Shown here one piece after another: positions 10,989 through 25,571 of a stretch of DNA of 64,000 bases. The translations under genes and the position numbers were made by a program. Within the stretch, counting starts at the first letter, position 1; every line of letters begins with the position of its first letter. The stretch is taken from the NCBI RefSeq assembly GCF_009834535.1, contig NC_045727.1, forward strand, positions 17,732,001 to 17,796,000. The letters are read 5' to 3'. Below the pieces are notes generated by a model, which was given only the letters and a program-made list of their open reading frames with translations, did not search any database and was not told where the DNA came from. Source of the DNA: Camelus ferus. Lineage: Eukaryota.

Positions 10989-13900
10989 GTAAGCCAGCAG
11001 CCCCCCTACCACCCAATCCAGCAGACCCCCAGGAGCTCTCTCAATGGGCTCTCTCTCCCAGAGATGCTCCAGCGAGCCCATTCCATCCAGCCTGTCGGCA
11101 AGAGAACTGTGCAGGGCAGAGGGCAGAGGGCAGAGGCAGGGCTGGTGCACTCAGCCAGGCTTAGAGATCCTGGATGCGAAACAGAGGGCGGGTCCCAGGC
11201 AAGGAGGGTGGTTCTGAGGACCTTCACCTGTACCTCTCCTACTGAGGACCCCCTTGGTGGCTCTTGCTATAATGGAAGCAGTGAGATTGAGGGGGAAGAC
11301 ATCTGAGCTGGCAGTGGGGGACTTGGGTCTCCAGCACACGCTGCATGATCCTGGGTGAGCCATTTCTCCTTTCCGTGCCTCAGTTTCCCCATCTGTAAAA
11401 TGAAGCTGTAGAGTGTTGGCCTTCCAATTCTAGGATTCCATAAATGTATCCATCAATTTTTCTTCTCTTTCTCCACCTTTCCACTTTCAGCCTTTTTCCT
11501 TTGCTAGTGGAACCCACAGTTAACGCTTATATCCTCTTCTATCTCTTGGGGCTACCAGATTGTGATGAAGGCGGTGGTGAGGGTGGTATTCAGGGTCTCT
11601 CAGGGACTTTCTTTGTGCCAGACCCAGGGTTTAGTCCTTCACGTGCATTTTCTCACTGCCTCCCCTTGGCTTTCCTATGAGGTGGGAACAATCATTATGC
11701 CTACTTTACAGGTAGAGAAACTGAGTCTCAAAATAGATAAAGGACTTGCCTGAGGTCATGCTGTTTATAAAATTTCTAGATAAAAATCTCTTCTCCCGAT
11801 GGAGGCATCATGAAGGGTGTGGCACTGGGAGAGGTGACTTGCTGGGGTGCTCAGCCCAAAGGAAAACCCTGACGGATTATCCCAATACCTGAAGACACTG
11901 TCCACCTTCTAAGCACCAGTCCTGTGCCAAGCCCCATCTCATTTAATGATGTCAAGCTCACAGTGAGCCTATGATTGAGGCAGTGTCACCCGCATTTTAC
12001 AAATGGGAGAACCAAGACTCAGAGAACTGGCCGTAGTCACGTATCTACGAGAGTCTTTTCTCACGGTGAAAGGAACACTCCCCACACCCTCTGAAGCCTG
12101 GAGATCCAACAAAACACCATTGAGCTAGACTGCCTCTTCGTCTTCCAGGAACCAGGCCACCATGTACAGTTGGGCAGGTTGAGCACTGCACAGGCACAAA
12201 CTATAGGAAACGTGGCATGCACTCTGGACGACAGCGCATCTGCCTGGAGGAAGGGGAGGGTAGCTTTCTCTGATTTGTAAGAGCTAAGTGGCAGCCCCAC
12301 TGATAGCTTGTCCCCTGTTTCACATGACGGGGTACCAGTGGTGGCCAACTGCGGCTGCTGCCATGACAGCTGAATCCTGCTAAGAGCCCAGCGAGCAGGA
12401 ATCTGTTTAGCAAGGGCGACCGTTGGCTTTATTTACACTCCAGCGAGGAAGGATGAGTGTTTGTTAGTTTTCGGGAAGTGCTGGTTAGTCTGTGCAGAAC
12501 TGTGCTGCCCCAGCTTGGGGGCAGGGTCATGCACAGATTGATTCTCGCATGGCCATGAGCATGGCTTTGATGTGGACAGAACACACGCCGGAGCCTTTTC
12601 GATAGCAGATAACGAGCCCCTGACTGATGGGTCTGCTCATCCCCAGTGCCCAGCCCCAGGCTATTATTGCTCTTCCATTTCCCGGGTCCCGCTTGCAGGC
12701 CGCTCACACTGGGGAGGTTGGAGAGTCATGTGGCTCATGAGGCTGCCGAGAGCCTGGGCCACCATGGCTGCTGTTTACTGAGCACTTGCTGTGTACCAGC
12801 TACTGTCTAAGCTCTTCAGACTGAATTATCTCATCTAACCCTCACAACAGTCCAATGGCATAGGTGGTTATTATTACCATTTTACAAACGGGGCCACTTG
12901 GCACAGAGAGGTTGGGTAGCTCAGCCAGAGTCACACAGCTAGACAGTGCAGAGTTGGGATTCAGATCTAGGGAATCTGGGTCCCAACCCTTCACTCTTAA
13001 TCTCAGCTCCTCAACATACACCGCAAATACCTCACTCATATTATGCATTTAATCCTGTAAGGTTTACTAGCTCCACTTTACAGGTGAGGAAACTGAGGCT
13101 CAGAGAGGTGGAGAGCCTTGTTCCGTGTCACACAGCGAGGCCATGCTAATCCAGGATGGAACCCCGGGTCTGTCTGATTCCTAACCTATGTACAATACTG
13201 CCTTCAGCATCCGCTTTGATTTATGGAGGTTAAGGACCAAATAAACTTCCTTTTTAGTGCCCAAAACAACAACCTTTACCTCGGAGTTGGCCTCCCAGGC
13301 AGTATTTGAATGGAGAATTCTGTTTTCAGGGAAAGTTGACAGGCCAGTTTCTTTCTCCCTTCCAACATTTTAGTATGAAAAAATATCAAACCTTCAGAAA
13401 AAAAAAATGTAAAGAATTACACGGTGAACACGCTATACTTTTCCCATAGATTTTACATTTGTCAACATTTTATTCTGTTTACCGTACATCTTTCCATTTC
13501 TCCATCTGTCAATTTTTATCTTTGGATGCATTTCGAAGTAAGTTTCAAACATCTTTCCACGTCAGTCTGCATATCACTAATTATAATTCAATATTTCCTA
13601 ATGATTTTTTGAAGTAGTATTTTCACAGAGTGAAATGCACACATTTAAAGTGTGCTGTTTGATGCAGTTGGGTCCTATCAAATCCACAACCCTGTCACAG
13701 TATCAAACATCACGATACTCTAGGAAGTTTTGCATCTAGGCTCCTTTTTGCAATGTGTTCTCATGGAAACTATCCCCAGACACTTGCTTGGCTTCAACAA
13801 AGATGCTCTTTGGTTTATTTTTCCCAAGTCTGCTCTCCTCTGGCCAGACAGATTAAAAGTGGCGTGGCAGGGGAAGAGAGCTGCATCTCTTGGCTAGAAG

Positions 13901-14265
13901 CATCAATACTAAGAACTCACAGCATGTGAGCCCCGTGTTAACACTCAACACGCATCCTCTCTATAACCCTCGTGACAACCCCAGGACGTCATCACTGCCA
14001 GCAGCCCCATTTTACAGGTGAGGAAACTGAGGTTGATTCAGATCCATCATTTTTCTGAGGTTACCCAGCAAGTAGGTGGCAGATTTGGAGTTTAAATGTA
14101 AGACTTCAAACTTTTCCCTTGAAGGGCTGCTTGAGAAAGCAGTGCAGCTCATGGTGAGACTTCAAGAAGGGCAGCTAATGCAGAATGGGGAAGACCAGGT
14201 ACAATCTTGGAAGGAATTATAAGGGCCGAATGAGGGGTGGGATCAGATGCTGCGGAGTAAACAAG

Positions 14266-14320
14266 GAGGGAGGGAGAGAGGAAGGAAGGAAAGAAGGAAG
14301 GGAGGGAGGGAGGGAGGAAG
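14266..14320. repeat. Polypurine (GGAA/GGGA)n tract
   Basis: ggagggagggagagaggaaggaaggaaagaaggaagggagggagggagggaggaagg. Confidence 0.9.
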
Positions 14321-14613
14321 GTCCAGTTCAGCTGAGAGCCGGATAGGAAACAGTCTCCCTGACAAAGCCAGGTAGGAGGCAGTGAAGGTGGAAGGACCAG
14401 CACACCTGAAGCTGCCAGATCAGGGAAGGGCAGAGCACGGATGAGGCAGTGAAAGGACCAGGTGGCCGGCAGGTGGGGGGTTTGGAGAGGGGAGTGGGTG
14501 GGTGGCACGAGCCTGGGAGGATGCAAGAGCCAGGTCATGCAGGGCTAGAGGGTCAAGCTAAGAACCTTGGACTGGATCCCGTTTGTGGAGAGGAGACGCA
14601 TCCTCCCGGCTGA

Positions 14614-15108
<495 letters not shown>

Positions 15109-15214
15109 TGACTTACATCCCACAAACATTTCCTGAGTATCATGTCCTGGGTACCTCACCAGGACCCGTCCAATAATAAGCATTTATCAAGCACCTACTA
15201 TGTGCCGGGAGCCT

Positions 15215-15345
15215 TTAAAGTCTTAATGTGCAGGGTGCACCTGAAACCATTTCCATGAGAATCTTGGGAGTGGGTCAGGCCATGGGTATTTTCTAAAAGC
15301 TCCCCAGGTGATTCCAATGCAAAGTCAGCGTGAGACCCCTGGCCC
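15215..15345. mobile_element. MER5A-like hAT-Charlie MITE
   Basis: gaatcttgggagtgggtcagg...attttctaaaagctccccaggtgattccaatgc. A second relic lies at ~19915-20068. Confidence 0.65.
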
Positions 15346-15454
15346 TAGACCAGGAACCCAGCAGTCTCACTTCCAGACCCACAACATTCAAAAAATTGGT
15401 CTTTGTTTTTTTGTACTCGAGTATTGGGGAATCTCAAGAGTTGATACTTAATGG

Positions 15455-15623
15455 NNNNNNNNNNNNNNNNNNNNNNNNNNNNNNNNNNNNNNNNNNNNNN
15501 NNNNNNNNNNNNNNNNNNNNNNNNNNNNNNNNNNNNNNNNNNNNNNNNNNNNNNNNNNNNNNNNNNNNNNNNNNNNNNNNNNNNNNNNNNNNNNNNNNNN
15601 NNNNNNNNNNNNNNNNNNNNNNN
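15455..15623. other. Assembly gap (169 N)
   Basis: N run in a WSCD2 intron. Confidence 1.
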
Positions 15624-15710
15624 ACCTCCCTCCAGAAGCAAGCCGTAGGCACTCCAATCTTGGAGCCCCGGGACTTAAAGGGATGAAGACGAGCAGAAGG
15701 AGGACGTCTT

Positions 15711-15763
15711 AAGAAAGAAAAGGAAGAAAGGAAAGAAAAGAAAGAGAGAGAAAGAAAGAAAAC
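15711..15763. repeat. (GAAA)n-like polypurine microsatellite
   Basis: aagaaagaaaaggaagaaaggaaagaaaagaaagagagagaaagaaagaaaac. Confidence 0.9.
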
Positions 15764-16822
15764 AAACAGAGCCCCTCCCTGGCAATTCCTCTGGCTCGTG
15801 CTGTGTGCATGCTTCCGTAAGTCCCACTGAGAAAGGCGGGGGTCTGTGGGCAGGTCTCAGGCAGCTAAAGCTTTGAGTGCAGCTTCTCTTTCATTATAGC
15901 CTTAAAAATACATCCTTTGGCCTGAGCCCTTGCCGGGAACAATGAGCTCTCCCTGAGAGTTCGGGGCTGGCAGTGGGGCGCAGGCAGAGAGGACCCATGC
16001 CCCTCAATAGTATCCATCAATCCGCCGAACCCCCAAGCCCCTCCCTCCATCCCCTCTGCAGCTGAGACACTTCACTTAATGAAATCTCTAAACCCTGGTA
16101 GGTCCTGATCAAGGGGGGAGGGGAGGGGAGCATGGTGCCAGAGGGAGGGGGAACTGCTGTGCCCCGATTTGCCCCCACTGGGGGGCACGTCTGCTGCCCC
16201 TTTCATACCTCAGACTCCAGGTATAATGAGCTCTTTGCAGTTCAAAAACACCTCAGTCCCTGCTCAGTAACTTGGGCAAGTTACTTGATCTCTCTGGGAC
16301 TCAGTTTCCTCATCTATAAAATAAAACCCTCATAGGATTATTGAAAGGACCGATCAGCTCCAGACTGCAGGTTGGACCCACATCTGTTCCATGTGTCTCT
16401 CGTCATCGGGGACCAGCAGCCTTCTGGGGCATGTCCTTCTCACAGGGGTGGCAGAGACACACAAGAGTGAACAGCAACTTGGGGTGCCCCTTGGGACTTT
16501 GGCAGAGACCCATTTCTGCCCTCGATCCACTGGCCATAGCAAGTCAGTTGGCCCAACATTAATGGGGTGGGGCTGCAGGATCCCCCAAAAAGGAACCCTC
16601 CAGCGCATCACCTGTCAGGCCCTCTTCATGGCACCTCAGCCTGGATACTCCCCTTCCACAGCATTAACCATGGCAGTGATTTTTATATTCATTTGCATCA
16701 CTCTTTGAAAAACCTGACTCTCAAAAACAGACCCATGGATGTTTCTGCAAACCATTTTATACCCAGCTCCCAGCACAGTGCCTGGCACATAGGAGGTGCT
16801 TAGTAAATATGCGAGTGAATGA

Positions 16823-17215
<393 letters not shown>

Positions 17216-18460
17216 TGAGGAGGTGTGCGTCGCACACGCCGCCGCGCCCACCAGCATCACCCGGTGTGAGCCAGGCTGTTGTCACGGCACGGTGGTTAAC
17301 GGCGCGGGCTCTGGAGCAAGGCTCCCTGGGTTCACATCCCAGCTCCACCACTTCCTGGAAAACCTCCTTCACCTCCCTGAACTTAAACTGGCCTGTCTAT
17401 AAAGTGGCGGGAATAAAATCTAAGAACTTAAGAATTTAACCCTTTAAAAACACTCAGTAAACAGGGTTTGTTATGAAAACCCTCCTTCTGTAATTGACAT
17501 GGGAGATCAGGTTCAAGATCCTTTTCCTGGGAATCAGGAGACCCGAGTCCAGCCTAAGGTCAGTGGCTGAGCAGCCATGAGGTTACCTATGAGCTCCTAA
17601 GGGCTCAGGTATAGAGCATCATTTCAAGCACTGAACTTCATTAAGATGATCCGAGTTTGATGTTCATCTCTGGTGCTTAGTAGATGACATTTGGAAGAAG
17701 GTCTCGGTGCAGGAGAGCAGCGGCCCACGGTAGCCGGGAGAGCTTTGACGTCAGACCCAACCTCTGCCATCTTGAGTACCTTTAACCCCCTCAAAGTCCC
17801 ACATCAGTTAGCACCCATATCTCCATTACCGTAATGAGAGTCACATCCCTGAGTGTTTTTAAACCTCCACAATTAACCCTCTTTTATGGATGGGGCAAGC
17901 TAAGTTCAGGGAGGTGAAGGCACTTTTCCAGGAAGTGGGGGGGCAGGGGTTCGAACCCAGGGGGTCTTGCTCCTGAGCCCACGCCCTTAACCACTGAGTT
18001 AGGACAATGAATTAGACAAAACGCCAGTGCCTACAAATCTCCCAGCTCAGAGCCGCTGACACCCAGTAGGTGCTCTGTAAACGTGAGCTCTCTCTACCTC
18101 ATCCAATCTGCTGCAGTCAGGTGGCTACAGCCTCAAGCCCCAGGAGTGTTTCCCACTCCTCCAAACCCTCCCCTTGACTCCCAGCTTCTCCAGCCCCTCT
18201 CCAGAGAGAACCAGAGCTCAGCAGGATGACGTTAATTCAGCCATCCACCAACCGCACCGTCAACACCAGTGTCATTGATTAAAACCCTTGAGCCTGCCTG
18301 ACCAGCTGTGCCCTGGGTTCCCAGTTTGCTCAAGGGCCCTGTCAGTCCCTCACGCTGCGTTGCCCCTTCTCTCAGTAAGGGAGTGGCAGCTTGGACAGGT
18401 AGTGACATTTGTTCCTTAGTTCTTGGGGATAAAGAGGCCTCTGAATTATTTATTTGTAGA

Positions 18461-18885
18461 ACAATAAAAAATCAAAGCCATCATTGGAAAGATACATGCA
18501 CCCCAATATTCATAGCAGCACTATTTACAATAGCCAAGACATAGAAACAACCTAAATGTCCATCAACAGATGAATCAGTAAAGAAATTATGGTATATCTA
18601 TACAATGGACTACTACTCGGCCATAAAAAAGAATGAAATAATGCCATTTGCAGCAACATGGATGGACCCAGAGATGATCATATTAAGTGAAGTAAGTCAA
18701 ACAGAGAAAGACAAATATCATACGATATCACTTATATGTGGAGTCTAAAATAAAATGATCCAAATGCTATTTACAAATCAAAAACAGACTCATGGACATA
18801 GAAAACAAACTATGGTATAGCTGAATCACTTTGCTGTACCTGAAACTAACATTGTAAATCAACTATACATCGATAAAAAAAAATT
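18461..18885 (+). mobile_element. LINE-1 3' fragment (ORF2 C-terminus plus internally deleted 3' UTR)
   Basis: KDTCTPIFIAALFTIAKT is L1 ORF2 C-terminal sequence; 3' UTR jumps from aaacaaactatggt to atagctgaatcactttgctg; ends in an A tail. Confidence 0.88.
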
Positions 18886-21800
18886 TGTTTTTTAATGAAT
18901 GCTATTGAGGGCCAGGCTGCGAAATCTGCAGGTGCAAATGGCAGGATCCTGTTCTGGGAGCAGAAGCTCTGCTTGTCAAGCCAGAAAGGACCTGGGACAT
19001 CATGGAACCCAGTGGTCCTCAGCCCTGGCAGGAATATGGGAAAATCCCAGTGCCTGGGCTGCAGGCCGGACCATTACTGGGGTGAAGTCTGGGCATCAGA
19101 ACGTTTTTAAGCAGTATGCAGGCAGGACTGAGAACCACTGATTCATTCTCTGTTTATTAATGGGGAAACTGAGGCCCAAAGAGAGGCAGGGATCTGCCAG
19201 GGTCACTCGGGCACATAATGGCAGGACTAGAACCCCGGCTCCACCTCCAGGCATCCTACTGCCCCAAGTAAAAAGGGAGGGAACTCACTTGGGAAGCACA
19301 TACGGGACCAGGCACTTAGCATTCATCGTCTCATTTAAATCTTCTAATTACCCAAGGAAGTGAGAAAGGCTGCCGTAATCACTGGTAGCATGTCGTTTCA
19401 CAGGTGAGAGAAAACCATCGCAGGAAGGGAGCAAGTCATGTGGCCAAGGCCCCAGGGGTTGGCTGAGCTGAGATTCCAACCCAGGCATGAGCCACCAGGC
19501 TCTTTCTTACCTTGGGATGTTGCTGATCTTCCGGTGCCTTCATAGGTTCCCCTCTCCTGGCATCACCCCTTGTTTCAGGTGCAGACAAGTTCCTAATTCC
19601 CAGGAGTCATCTTGCCTCTTCTTCCTTATTCAAGACAGCTAGGAATGATGGGAGGGGTCAGGAGGCGGCAGGGGATGGGAGAGGTTTCAGGACACCCGTC
19701 TCGTACTGGGGGTCTGGGGTCTCCTCATTAGGCTGGGGTGGGAGGAGGAGCCTTCTCCTGGGGCCCCTTCCCAGGCCTGAGCCAAGTCTTCACAGTGCTC
19801 TGCCTGAGAGCCTCCCCCAGAGAACCCAATCCCCGGAGGTGCCCTCCCAACCCGTTCCTCTCATTTGCCTTGACGTCTGGACCCTAAGTGCACTTGAGTT
19901 TGAGACCTTTGCTTTAGGGGCCCTGCTCCAGCTGCATGAGTATTACCTGGGAATTAATTAGAAACGCAGGTTCTCAGGGCCCCAGGCCAGGCTTCCTGGA
20001 TCAGAATCTGCATTGTAACCCAACATTCTCAAGAAGCTGTGCGTGCCCTTTAAGGCTTGAGAATCTCAGTTTTACGATGCCCTCGGCCTAGATTGTGAGG
20101 GTCACCCCCACCTAAGAGCAGAGGTCATCCCCCAGCTGAGCGTGCCCACCCCACCCTGCCTGGGTCCCCCTCCCAGTTACAGCTGGCTCAAGGCTCCTCC
20201 TGCAACCCCCCTCACCCCCCCACCCACCCCACCCCTGGCTTTTGGTTCCATAACGTTAGTTTTACGATCTCCCTGGATTGGATCCAAAGCAAAGTTTTAT
20301 GTGATATGATTACACAAGGTGAATTGTCCTGGATCTGTTTAATGAAACGGAGACTGTGTTTAATGATTCCTTGGGGAATTAAATACAGTTAAGCTATTAA
20401 TCAGGTCCCCGTCCCTCCCGTTGCCAAGAAGATGAAGCGGAGAATGGCCAGCCCATGTCCTGCCAGATCCATGTGTGTGACAGTTCCGGTGGAACCAGCC
20501 CTCATTACCAGTGGTCCATGGCTTAGTGTACCTTTATTACCCAATTTGAAGGCAGCCATCAATTACTGGGAATCCTGGGCTAATTGAGCATTTTTGGTTT
20601 TCATTTTTGTTCTTTCCAATGAAGTCATTTGGAAGCTTCAAAGGAGGCATCTTTGCTATCGGAGGGGGTTGGGGAGGCGGCAGATACCTGCTGCTGCAAA
20701 ATGATGGGGCACGTGGGGTGTCTCAGATGTTGGGGACCAACACCAAGCAGAATCCTGACAGCAGCCAACATTTATTGAGCACTTCACGTGTCCCAGGCCC
20801 GGTGCCAGGGTCTGTAGTTCTTACTCTATTGTATCTGCATAGCCTGAGGTCTTAGCACGGTTGCCATGGTGCAGATGGGTAAACTGAGACTCAGGGAGAT
20901 CACCTGACTTCCCCAAGGTCACACAGCTCCTATGGAGAAGAGCTGGGTTTTGAACCCTGGCAGTGTGACTCCAAAGTCATCTGTGAACAGACCCTATGTC
21001 TTAGACAACATCTGAAAGTGAAGTGAGTGATGCTGGACCAGGATCTGGATCGAGACGTGTTGGAGCTGATCAAATCAAGTGCTCTTAAAGGGTTTGCCGG
21101 GAGGGTGGGAGCCAGGCTCAGTCTGGGATAGACATAGGTGCGAATCCCACCCTGGGAGCCCACTGTGTGGCCCTGGGCAAGTGGCTTCACATCTCTGAGC
21201 CTCCTTTGTTCCTGTGTGTAAAATGGGGCCAGTCATTCCTACTCTCTGAGATAATGCATGCCTGAGTGCCCGGCACAGCCCTGACACACAGCAGGTGCTC
21301 GGAACATTCCCATCCCGGGGAGGTCTGCAATCAACAAAGGTGCCATGTCGTTTCCATCCCACCTGCATCCAAGGCCAGGGACACCATCTGGGGGACCCAG
21401 ACCATCATGCAGACAGACCTTTCCTTTTGCTTGAAGACCACCCTCCAGGAACCTCATGAGATGGTCAGAAGTGGCCAAGACTGTCAATCCAGATCTATGT
21501 GTTCCTGGGTGACCGAGTGCCACCTGAACCTCTGCCGTGTTGTCCTGAATCACCAGGGATGCTGTGAGGTGACTCAGGAGTGGGGAAATTCTAAGGAAAC
21601 ATTTTTTAAAAAGTGAAACTGGCTGTACACGTGCTAGATTTTTTCTAATCACTCAGACACATCTGGTCTTAACCCATTATAACAGTACGGGCCCAATTAG
21701 CTAGATACATTGTAAATAATATATTTTAAGGGTAAAAAATATCTTTGTCATCGGCATAAATATCTCCCAAGCAGCCATGGTGTTCCAGGGGGCACTGGGG

Positions 21801-22974
21801 GAGCAGGAGCCTCGCCATGGATTCTGATGTGCTCTGCGAAGAGAGAGGAGCCCTTTGTCACAACGCAACTTGGCAGTTGGGAATTTCAATTTAGTTCAAC
21901 AACCATTTATTGAGCCCCTGCTGGGCGTAAGGCAGTGGGAGATAGTAGGGGTGAGGCTGCTGGTGCCTGGGAAAGATCAGAGCCTGGAATCAGGCAGGCC
22001 TGGTCTAGATGATGCTTTCCAGCTGTGTGACCTTGGGCAAGTCACTTCATCTCTCTGAGCCTCAGTTTCCTCACTAGTGACAAATGAATAGTAGTCTTTT
22101 CCTTTCAGGGTAGTCCTTAGGATTCAATGAGATAATGGGTATCCATCACCCAGTGATGGATGAAGATTCAGTTATTAAGAACCATCTGGGCTTCTCAACC
22201 CAGCCTGGGAGACTCACTGACCCTCGTTCAGTAAATAAACCCCTCCAGAGGATGCGGGGTGGTGCTGCCCCTGTGAGAAGCAGTGGTTTGGCTTCAGGGT
22301 TTCAGGGTGCCGGCCCTGTGATTCTCCGGCTGGGGCTCAGAATGAAGGCTGCAAATCCCTTTCTCTGTTCCTAACATCCCCCAGGACCTCCCTCTGCTTC
22401 TCCTTTATCAGATTTCAACAGCTCCCTAGCCAGGCTGGCTGTCACTTTGAGGTCTTCTCCAGGGCTCCTTGGTGAATTTCCCACATTCTGTGGTAGCCTG
22501 TCTTTCAAGTCAAGAGATCCCAAACACATTCTCCCAGTCTCAGTGACAATCCTGTCACTTTCCCATGGCAAGATGACAAAGAGCAAAAAGAAACAGTATG
22601 TGATACTTCAATAAAACGCAGAGAGAGAAAGCTAGACTAGAAAGACGTAACGTTGACAACGTAAATAACCCAGCTTAAACTATGCCCTCAGCCCACACTC
22701 TCTTGGGGGGACAGACAACATGTGTTAGGGGTGCAGAGGGGCTATGAAGCCCAGAGGAGGCACCTGTCTGAGCTTGGGAGTCAGGGAAGACAATATCTCA
22801 CCTGAGAACAGAATAATCACAATAATAACAATAGCCAACATTTACTGAGCACCTACTGGCTACAGAGCACCACACTAAAAACTGTATCTACTTTTTCCAC
22901 TTCTCTGTACAAAGGCCTTATTATTATCCTGTGAGAAGATACTATTACTACACAAAATAACTATTCCTACACAG

Positions 22975-23290
22975 GCTGACTGGGTAGTTAAAAGCCCAGA
23001 CTTTGAAGCCAGACTCTTTGGTTTTAAATCCGGCTTTGCCAGTTATTAGCTGTGTGACCTTGAGCAAGTTACTTAACCTCTCTGTGCCTCAGTTCCCTCT
23101 TCTGGTAAATGAAGAAGATGATGATGCCTGCCTCACAGGGCTGTTGTGAGGAATAAGTGAATTAATAGCTATATTAATATATCACATTGCATATTAAGAT
23201 CAATATATATTAAAATATAAAAATAAGAGAAATAAAGATTTATATATAAGTCTGTGCCTGGCATGTAATAAGCACCAGACAAATGTTATT
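22975..23290. mobile_element. MIR SINE with AT-rich low-complexity insert (one example of dozens of MIR/L2 relics in the window)
   Basis: CORE sequence agctgtgtgaccttgagcaagttacttaacctctctgtgcctcagtt. Similar cores at ~1400-1570, 3620-3730, 13030-13190, 22000-22140, 29360-29590, 41820-42040, 42960-43170, 49640-49800 and elsewhere. Confidence 0.85.
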
Positions 23291-23486
23291 GTTGTCCCCA
23301 AAGAGAGGGAAGAGCTAAGAGCATGCCAGGCGGGAGCAGCAGCCCTGAGGTGGGAGGGAGCAGGTGAGTTTGGCTGTCCGAGGAGTTAACGGGGTGGCTA
23401 TCGCTGTGAGCGACAACGACCACCCCTGCCAGCGCCCTCTGACCTGCTTCCTCCCTCTGATCCCGCCCTGCCTCCTCTCCCCGCAG

Positions 23487-23839
23487 AGTGGCCTGAGTTT
23501 GTGAGGAATTACGCCCCGTGGTGGGCCACTCACACGCTGGACTGGCTCAAGTTCGGCAAAAAGGTGCTGGTGGTGCACTTCGAGGACCTGAAGCAGGACC
23601 TCTTCGTCCAGCTGGGCCGGATGGTCAGCCTGCTGGGCGTGGCCGTCAGGGAGGACCGGCTGCTGTGCGTGGAGAGCCAGAAGGACGGCAACTTCAAGCG
23701 CTCGGGGCTCCGGAAGCTGGAGTACGACCCCTACACGGCGGACATGCAGAAGACCATCTCTGCCTACATCAAGATGGTGGACGCGGCCCTCAGAGGGAGG
23801 AACCTCACGGGCGTTCCGGATGCCTACTACCCTAGATGA
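23487..23839 (+). CDS. WSCD2: WSCD2 terminal coding exon (EWPEFVRNYAPWW...GVPDAYYPR*), putative sialate O-sulfotransferase 2
   Basis: ccccgcag acceptor ending at 23486; TGA at 23837-23839. The five exons total 1016 nt, giving 337 residues after the split Tyr, consistent with a 565-aa WSCD2 as recalled for human. Confidence 0.96.
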
Positions 23840-25565
23840 TGGGTCAGAGGTGGGGGGTGGCTGGGAGCCCAGGCCAAGCAGGCCCTGGGGACCCCGGACC
23901 CCTGGGGACCCCCACCCATCAGTCCTCTCTGGTTTGGGGACAACCCCCTTGGCTGCTGTTGGCCCTCAATGAGTTTCCTGCGTGACAAAGGAGGTTCAAG
24001 GGAAGAGATTGTGCAGGCACTTCCCACCTACTCATATTCGCCCCCCCACCTTGGAGATGGAGCGGGCAACTAGTCCCCAGCCACTTGGACCCTTCTCTGT
24101 CTCCCGTGTCCCTGCCCCCAACCACTCTGGCTCCACTTGTGGGAAGGCAGGCTCATGGCTGTCCTGGAGACATGGGTGTCCCATCACAGGTGTTGAGGAC
24201 CCTGGCCCAGGAGCTGACAGGAATGATGTAGAAAAAGTGGCCCCAGACTCTCTTCCCTCCTGGACTGAGTGTTTATATCTTCCCCTCCTCCTCCCGACCC
24301 AGGAAGCACTGGCACCAAGGTTCATCCAGGCCACTTCTGCCTAAAGAAGGACTGCCGGATGTGTCTCTGTGGCCTTAGGCTTCTGACATTCTGGGGGAGC
24401 GTGGGGAGGCAATGGTGCTCAGTGTAGGATAACTGGCACCACCACGCGGGGTCACTGGCACTCCCAAGGCCACCCCTAGGTCACACCGCTCCTGAGAAGC
24501 AATCTGATTGCCTGTCCAGTCCTGTCTGGAGCTGGCACTCTGCCCTTATCCACCCCCACCATGTCTGGGAGGTGACCCACTCCCAGGGCTCCTCAAGCAT
24601 CAGCACGGATCTCACTGGGATGACCACCTGGCACGTGCAGAACCTGAGAGCCCCGGTAACACACCTCTCCATCGTGGGGTCCAACACATTGATCTGACAC
24701 TGCCCTTCTGACCCCTACCCATGGGTCCTTTGCTATCCAGCAGAGAGAGCAAGAGTGCTCCAAATCAGGTGGAACCATGACCAAAAGACACCCCTACCTT
24801 CCCAGGCCATCGACTTCCCTTTGATGGTAGTCCAATGGGGCCGGCTTCCCTTGGGGGTCCTTTAAGGAATGGGTGAATGCGATGGTTCCTCATGTCCATA
24901 CAAACGCTGCTTTTTTGAGGCTGAGACATCAAACCAAAGGATTCCCAAGGACCTGAGTCAGAGATCATTTATCTTCGGAAGCATTGATCCAGGATCCCAC
25001 TGTCTCCCCCCACAACCTTGGGTACCAGTGTTTTCACATCAGGCTCACACCTGCACACCTGCTCCATCCCCCACCTTGTAGATGCAAAAGCCATAGGTCA
25101 CAGCTCTCTGCTATTCTGTCTGGAGCAGCCCCCACCCCAAGCAGCCACCCCCTGAGGCTTTGGGGTGCAGGTGAATGCTCGTTCCCAAATAGCCAAGAGA
25201 CTATGGAGAAGGCAAGTGTAAAGAAATATATTTTTTTAAGAGGAATATGACTAATACATTCCACCCCCTCGGAACCTGGTCATGCAAGGAGAAGGGCCTA
25301 GGGGTTGGACCCAGGTTCCCTCATCTGTAGGATCTGGGCCACCCCAGGGCCCAGCCAGGGGGCTCTGAATGTATTTTGTACTGTGTTCCTTTCCCCCAGG
25401 CAAATTTCTAGTCTTTCACAAAACAGTAGAGGGCTTAGCCTCCCCTCCCTCTTAGGGGTCAGCTCTCTCTGGGAGACTCTTGGTCCAAGACCTGGGCCAG
25501 TTCTTTGCTGGTGTTCACCTCAGGCCACCAGCCTTTGTCTGAAGATTCCTCAGGTCAACACCATC

Positions 25566-25571
25566 ATTAAA
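25566..25571 (+). terminator. WSCD2: Candidate WSCD2 polyadenylation signal (ATTAAA)
   Basis: First hexamer I found after the stop, followed by U/GU-rich sequence (caggttttgtgg). A second ATTAAA at 26303-26308 is an alternative. Confidence 0.45.

Noticed and set aside
10683-11306. 207-aa ORF overlapping a WSCD2 exon in another frame
   Set aside because: Spans intron-exon boundaries, non-ATG start, Arg/Ser/Pro-rich composition typical of shadow ORFs in GC-rich DNA.
15330-15686. ORFs crossing N runs (also 61364-61900)
   Set aside because: Artefacts of translating gaps; the latter overlap L1 ORF2 remnants.
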